A stretch of 32,000 nt of DNA from Candidatus Saccharimonadota bacterium (GTDB taxonomy: Bacteria; Pseudomonadota; Gammaproteobacteria; Enterobacterales; Enterobacteriaceae), in contig CP144768.1 in assembly GCA_036689225.1 (NCBI GenBank), forward strand, positions 187,311-219,310, given 5' to 3'. The notes beneath the pieces were generated by a model. That model was not told the DNA's origin, did not search any database, and worked only from the letters and a program-made list of their open reading frames with translations. A program made the translations under genes and the position numbers. Of this stretch, positions 21,353-32,000 are shown one piece after another (within the stretch, counting starts at the first letter, position 1; each line of letters opens with the position of its first letter).

Positions 21353-21433
21353 TTTTTTATTAAAATTAAAATTTTATATATTATATAATTATATTATAAT
21401 AACATTTATTAAACAAAATTTAAATTTTAAAAT

Positions 21434-23230
21434 ATGAAAAAATATATAAGAAATTTTTCTATAATCGCTCATATAGATCATGGAAAATCTACATTATCAG
21501 ATAGAATAATAGAAATATGTACTGGAAAAAAAATAAATGAAAAAGAATCTAGAATTTTAGATTCAATGGAAATAGAAAAAGAAAGAGGAATAACAATAAA
21601 ATCACAAAGTGTTTCACTTAATTATAAAAAAAAAAATAAAAAATATAAATTAAATTTAATAGATACACCAGGACACATAGATTTTAATAATGAAGTATCA
21701 AGATCATTATATATATGTGAAGGAGCTCTTTTATTAATAGATGCAACTAAAGGTATACAAGCACAAACAATTGCTAATTATAATATAGCAAAAAAATTAA
21801 ATATTAAAATTATTCCAATAATAAATAAAATTGATTTGTTATATAATAATATAAAAAATATAAAGAAACAAATAAAAAAAATATTAAAAATTAAAAAAAA
21901 AAAAATAATATTATGTTCAAGTAAAAAAGGTATAGGAATAAAAAAAATTATATCAAATATTATAAATAAAATACCTTATCCAAAAGGTAATATAAAATTA
22001 CCCTTAGAAGCTATAATAATTGATTCATATTTTGATAATTATTTAGGAATTTTTTTTTTAATAAAAATTATAAATGGATATATTAAAAATAATAATAATA
22101 TAAAAATAATAAATTTTAATAAAAAAAAATATAAAATAAAAACAATATATATATATAATCCTAAAAAAAAAAAAATAAATAATTTATATTGTGGAGAAGT
22201 AGGATGAATATCCTGTAATATAAAAAAAATAAAAAATTTTAACCCTATAGGAAAAATAATTACAAATTATAATAATAATAATGTAATTAAAATACCAAAA
22301 TTCAAAAAAATAAAACCAAAAATATATGCAAGTTTATATCCAAATAATAACAAAAATTTTTTATATTTTAAAAAATCAATTGAAAAATTAAGTTTAAATG
22401 ATTATTCTTTTAAATTTAAACCAGAAACATCATATTTATTAGGAAATGGATTTAGATGTGGTTTTTTAGGAATATTACATATAGAAATAATAAAAGAAAG
22501 ATTAGAAAAAGAATATAATTTAAAAATAATAATTACTTCACCAAATATAATTTATAAAATAAAAACTAAAAATAATAAAAAAATATATATAGAAAATCCA
22601 AATAATATACCATTAAAAAATAAAATAAAAGAAATAAAAGAATCAATATCAATATGTAATATAATTTCTCCTCAAATATATTGTGGAAAAATAATAAAAT
22701 TATGTATAAATAAAAGAGGTATACAAAAAAAAATATTATATTATAATAATAATGTTTATTTAAAATATGAATTACCAACATATGAAATAATAACAAATTT
22801 TAGTAATGAAATTAAATCAATTTCTAAAGGATATGCTTCATTTGAATATAAATTTAAAAAATATAAAAAATCAAATATTAATTTATTAGAATTTTTTATA
22901 AATAATAATAAATTAGAAGGATTTTCAATATTAATTCATATAAAAAATATAAAAAAATATAGTAAAAATATTATATATATAATTAAAAAAAATTTAAAAA
23001 AACAACAATTTGAAATAAAAATTCAATCAAAATGTAATAATAAAATAATTAATTCATATAAAATAAAATCATTAAGAAAAAATGTAACTTCAAAATGTTA
23101 TGGAGGAGATATTACAAGAAAAAAAAAATTATTAAAAAAACAAAAAATAGGAAAAAAAAAATTAAAAAAAATTGGAAATATATTAATATCACCAAAAATT
23201 TATTTTGAAGCATTAAAAATAAAATTTTAA
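21434..23230 (+). CDS. lepA: elongation factor 4 (LepA), 598 aa
   Basis: FSIIAHIDHGKSTLSDR, LIDTPGHIDF and NKIDL are present. Frame 2 was read from TGA 22205 to TAA 23228-23230 with no other stop. The C-terminus LRKNVTSKCYGGDITRKKKLLKKQKIGKKKLKKIGN matches E. coli [36 protein letters not shown]. Confidence 0.93.
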
Positions 23231-23234
23231 TTAT

Positions 23235-24122
23235 ATGATATATAACAAAATAATATTTATATTTATATTAATAAATTTACTAATACTATTATATAGTAGT
23301 ATATATAATATAAATAAAAAAATAAAAAAATATATAACAATAGAAACTTTTTATATATTATTATTTATATTTACATTTAGATCTTTTATCTATGAACCAT
23401 TTCAAATACCATCTGCATCAATGTTACCAACATTATTAATTGGAGATTTAATATTAGTTAATAAAACTAAATATAATATAAAAAATCCATTTACAAATAA
23501 AACTATATTTAATATAGGAAAACCAAAATATGGAGATATAATTGTATTTCAATATCCAAAAAATAAAAATATAAATTATATAAAACGTATTATTGCATTA
23601 CCAAAAGATAAAATAATATATAATAAAAAAAATAAAAAAATAACTATATATAAATATAATAAAAATAAAAAAAAATATTATAAAAAAAATATTATTAAAT
23701 ATAAAAATCAAAAATTAAGTAATTTAATAGAAGAAATATATTTATTAAAAAAAAATAATAATATATATGAAAATATATTACATATAAAAAAAATAAAATC
23801 AATTAATTTAAAAAATAAAATATTTTCAAAAATAATATTTTTAATAGAAAGAACAGAATACATAAAAAATAATAAACATAAAATATTAATTATTCCATAT
23901 AAAAAAAAATATAATATAAAAAAAATAAAATGAATTATACCTAAAAATACATATTTTGTTATGGGAGATAATAGAGATAATAGTGAAGATAGTAGATATT
24001 GAGGTTTTGTAAAAAAAAAATTAATAATAGGAAAAGCTGAATATATATGAATGAGTATTAAAAAACAAGAACATTCTTTACCAAAAGGTATAAGATATTA
24101 TAGAATAGGTAAAATTATTTAA
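23235..24122 (+). CDS. lepB: signal peptidase I
   Basis: Catalytic Ser motif PSASMLPTL and catalytic Lys motif YIKRIIALPKD are present. After TGA 23931: [20 protein letters not shown] (Trp = TGA), ending at TAA 24120-24122. The central region is replaced by K/N-rich sequence. Confidence 0.88.
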
Positions 24123-24127
24123 AATTT

Positions 24128-24805
24128 ATGATTAATATACATTTTTTAGAAAAAAAAATAAAATATAAATTTATTAATAAAAAAATATTAATTTTATCTT
24201 TAACACATAGAAGTTATAATAATAATCATAATGAAAGATTAGAATTTTTAGGAGATTCAATACTAAACTTTATTATTACAAAAAAAATATACAAAAAATT
24301 CTTTAATTTTCAAGAAGGAATAATGACAAGAATAAGATCAAAATTAGTAAATAAAAAAAATCTTTTTAAAATTGCAAATAAAATTAAATTATATAAATAT
24401 ATATTACTTGGAAATGGAGAAATAAAAAATAATAAAAAAATTCATAAAAAATCTATATTAGCAAATACATTAGAAGCTATAATAGGAGCTATATTTATAG
24501 ATAGTAAAAATATTAAAATAATAGAAAAAACTATAAAATATTTATTTTTTAAAAATCAAATTTTAAATAAAAAATATAATTATAAAGATTATAAAACTTT
24601 ATTACAAGAATATTTACAAAAAATAAAATTACCTTTACCTAAATATTATTTAGGTAAAACTAAAGGAAAAGATCATAAACAAATATTTACAATATATTGT
24701 AAAATAAATAATCTTAATAAAATTAGTAAAGGTATAAGTTACAATAAAAAAAATGCTGAACAAATAGCAGCAAAAAATATATTAATAAATTTAGGATTAA
24801 TTTAA
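24128..24805 (+). CDS. rnc: ribonuclease III
   Basis: ERLEFLGDSILNFII, LANTLEAIIGAIFIDS and the dsRBD start DYKTLLQEYLQ match E. coli ERLEFLGDSILSYVI, LADTVEALIGGVFLDS and DPKTRLQEYLQ. Confidence 0.9.
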   Translation: MINIHFLEKKIKYKFINKKILILSLTHRSYNNNHNERLEFLGDSILNFIITKKIYKKFFNFQEGIMTRIRSKLVNKKNLFKIANKIKLYKYILLGNGEIKNNKKIHKKSILANTLEAIIGAIFIDSKNIKIIEKTIKYLFFKNQILNKKYNYKDYKTLLQEYLQKIKLPLPKYYLGKTKGKDHKQIFTIYCKINNLNKISKGISYNKKNAEQIAAKNILINLGLI

Positions 24806-24814
24806 ATAATATAT

Positions 24815-25666
24815 ATGAAAAAATATGTTTGTATATTTATAATAGGTAGAACAAATGTTGGAAAATCAACTTTATTTAATAAATTAATTAAAAAAAAAAT
24901 TTCTATAACTTCAAAAAGAAAAAATACTACACAAAAATATATTTTAGGTATTAATACAATAAATAATAATCAATATATATATATTGATTCACCAGGATTT
25001 AATAATTATATAAAATTTAAAAAAATATTTTATAAAGTTAATATTTTTTTAAAAGAAAAAATAAATTTTAAAAAAAAAATTAATTTAATAATATTAATTA
25101 TAGAAAAAAAATATTTTTTTTTTGAAAAAAAAATAATAAAAATAATAAATTTTAAAAAAATACCAATAATAATATTAATAAATAAAATAGATAAAATTAA
25201 AAATAAAAAAATAATATTACCATTTATTAATAATATTAAAAATGATATAAAATATAATAATATTATTCCAATATCTGCAAAAAAAATAAAACATATAAAA
25301 TATATACAAAATATAATTAATAAATTTTTAATAAAATCAAATCATATTTTTAAAAAAAAAAAAAAAACTATACATAATAAAAAATTTATTATTAAAGAAA
25401 TAATAAGAGAAAAAATTTTTAAATTTATAAGAGATGAAATACCATACTTAATATTAATAAAATTAAAAAAAATTATAAATTCAAAAAATAAAAAAATAAT
25501 ATTTTGTAATATATATACAAAAAAAAAACAACATATTAATATAATAATAGGTAAAAAAGGAAAAAATATAAATTATATAATAAATACATCAATAAAAGAT
25601 ATAAAAAAATATTTTAATTATAAAAAAAAAATAAAATTATTTATTAATATAAAAAATAAAAAATAA
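24815..25666 (+). CDS. era: GTPase Era
   Basis: G1 GRTNVGKSTL, G3 DSPG and G4 NKID are present. Its position after rnc matches E. coli. The C-terminal KH domain is very degenerate. Confidence 0.88.
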   Translation: MKKYVCIFIIGRTNVGKSTLFNKLIKKKISITSKRKNTTQKYILGINTINNNQYIYIDSPGFNNYIKFKKIFYKVNIFLKEKINFKKKINLIILIIEKKYFFFEKKIIKIINFKKIPIIILINKIDKIKNKKIILPFINNIKNDIKYNNIIPISAKKIKHIKYIQNIINKFLIKSNHIFKKKKKTIHNKKFIIKEIIREKIFKFIRDEIPYLILIKLKKIINSKNKKIIFCNIYTKKKQHINIIIGKKGKNINYIINTSIKDIKKYFNYKKKIKLFINIKNKK

Positions 25667-25668
25667 AT

Positions 25669-26319
25669 ATGATAAATTGAAAATATATTATAGAAAAAGA
25701 AAAAAAAAAAAAATATTTTATTAAAATGAAAAATTTTTTATATAAAGAATATAATAATAAAATAATATATCCTAAAAAAAATAAAATATTTGAAGCATTT
25801 AAAATAACAAAATTTGAAAATATAAAAGTAGTTATTTTAGGACAAGATCCTTATTGTAATAAGGATCAATCACATGGATTAGCTTTTTCTTTATTACCAA
25901 ATATAAAAATTACAACATCAATAAAAAATATATATAATGAAATAAAAAATGAATATCCTAAATTTAATATTCCAAAAAATGGATATTTATTAAATTGAGC
26001 TAAACAAGGAATTTTTTTATTAAATAGTATATTAACTGTAGAACATAAAAAAATTTTATCACATAAAAATATAGGATGAGAAATATTTACAAATAATATT
26101 ATTAAATATATAAATAAATATAATAAAAATATAATATTTTTATTATGAGGACAATATGCAAAAAAAAAAAAAATATTAATTAATAAAAATAAACATTTAA
26201 TTTTAACATCATCTCATCCATCAAATTTATCTTTTAAAAAAGGATTTTGAAAATGTTTACATTTTAAAAAAACTAATTTTTATTTAAAAAAACATAATAA
26301 AAAACCTATTATATGATAG
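25669..26319 (+). CDS. ung: uracil-DNA glycosylase
   Basis: ATG at 25669, 2 nt after the era stop. MINWKYIIEKEKKKKYF aligns with E. coli LTWHDVLAEEKQQPYF. VVILGQDPY, HGLAFS, GYLLNWAKQGIFLLNSILTV, GWEIFT, LLWG and HPS are present. All five Trp residues are TGA. Stop is TAG 26317-26319. Confidence 0.88.
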
Positions 26320-27318
26320 TTAATAATTAATACCAATAGATTTATATATATTTAAAATATTTTTTTTTGCTATTTTTTTAGCTTTTAATTTTCCGTTAAT
26401 TAAAATTTTTTTTAAAAATTTTTCTTTTTTTCTAAAATTAAAATATTTATTTTGTAAATTATTTAAAAAAATATCTAATTCTTGTATAAGAATTTTTTTA
26501 AATTTTCTATATGTATAATTTAAAAAAATTTTTTCTAATTTATTAATAGAAATATTTTTAATATTAGAAAAAATATTTAATAAATTAGATATTCCAGGTT
26601 TATTAATTTTATCATATAAAATTTTAGGAGGAAATTGAGAATCAGTTAAAGAATTATCTATTTTTTTTTTAATTTCACTATAATTATCTAATAAAAAAAT
26701 AACATTATTTTTATTAATATCTGATTTAGACATTTTTTTATAAGGATTAGATAAAGACATTATTTTTGAACCATATTTAGATATAATATAATTTGGAATT
26801 ATAAATATATTTTTAGAATAAAATTTATTTATTCTTTTAGCAATTATTCTAGTTAATTCTAAATGTTGTATTTGATCATAACCAATAGGTACATAATTTG
26901 AATTATATAATAATATATCAGAAGACATTAATATAGGATAATTAAATAATCCACAATTTATATTAATATTATTTTTAACTTTATTTTTAAATTGAGTCAT
27001 ACGATTTAATTCACCTATATATGTATAACAATTTAATAATCAATAAAGTTTTATATGTTCTATTATATCAGATTGTAAAAAAATAATACAATTTAAAGGA
27101 TCTATTCCAATAGATAATATTATAGATAATAAATCATAAATATAATTTTTAATTAATGATTTATCCTTCATACTAATCAATGCATGCAAATCAGCAATAC
27201 AAAAAAAACAATTATATTTATTTTGATTATTTAATCAAGTTTTTAATACACCAATATAATGACCTATAGTTAATTTACCAGTAGGTTGTATAGCACTAAA
27301 AACATTTTTTTTCATCAT
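26320..27318 (-). CDS. trpS: tryptophan--tRNA ligase
   Basis: ATG at 27318. [47 protein letters not shown]...LYWLLNCYTYIGELNRMTQFK joins track ORF 26320-27000 in frame (318 nt apart). KMSKS is present. E. coli reads [42 protein letters not shown]...[21 protein letters not shown]. Confidence 0.92.
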
Positions 27319-27346
27319 TAAAATATTTAATTTAATTAATAAATTT

Positions 27347-31546
<4,200 letters not shown>

Positions 31547-31555
31547 AAATAAATA

Positions 31556-31560
31556 TTCCT
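31556..31560 (-). promoter_or_regulatory. Shine-Dalgarno-like AGGAA, 9 nt upstream of the rpoC GTG start
   Basis: The plus strand reads TTCCT in the 35-nt rpoB-rpoC spacer. Confidence 0.5.
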
Positions 31561-31581
31561 AAATAAAATTTATAATAAATA

Positions 31582-32000
<419 letters not shown>

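Noticed and set aside
22566-22796. Track ORF (76 aa, minus strand).
   Set aside because: It is antisense to lepA.
25726-25728. The track's ATG at 25726 as the ung start codon.
   Set aside because: The upstream in-frame ATG at 25669 adds MINWKYIIEKEKKKKYF, which aligns with the E. coli Ung N-terminus (LTWHDVLAEEKQQPYF). It was excluded from the track only by a TGA=Trp codon.

Overview
This window is extremely AT-rich (roughly 10-15% G+C by eye, not computed) and almost fully coding, which fits a highly reduced obligate intracellular symbiont. I can support 31 protein-coding genes (two truncated by the window edges) and one tRNA. All are housekeeping genes:
- Translation: rplT', pheS, pheT, glnS, gltX, trpS, rpsB, tsf, lepA, map, era, rnc, rnz.
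- Transcription: rpoB', rpoC.
- Replication and repair: ligA, ung.
- Glycolysis: pfkA, fbaA, pgk.
- Envelope and secretion: murI, pgpB, lepB.
- Others: ppa, fldA, speD, pmbA, ybhL, ybgI.

The supplied standard-code ORF track is badly fragmented because TGA is read as Trp here (translation table 4). Every TGA break I checked falls on a Trp that is conserved in the E. coli orthologue. Two whole genes, fldA and pgpB, are missing from the track for this reason. All coordinates below are re-derived under code 4.

Protein similarity and gene order look gammaproteobacterial and Enterobacterales-like, not mollicute: rplT-pheS-pheT, pgk-fbaA, map/rpsB-tsf, lepA-lepB-rnc-era, rpoB-rpoC with a GTG start.

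I found no mobile element, CRISPR array, defence or secretion locus, or unexplained large ORF or RNA, so I do not claim a novel multi-gene system. The observations worth a second look are genome-architecture features:
- UGA recoding in an enterobacterial-type lineage.
- Convergent genes that abut or overlap with no room for terminators.
- Very long in-frame poly(A) and (AT)n tracts.
- A CCA-less tRNA alongside a retained RNase Z.
- An orphan, possibly degenerate speD.
- A BRCT-less ligA.
- A residual murI-pgpB pair.
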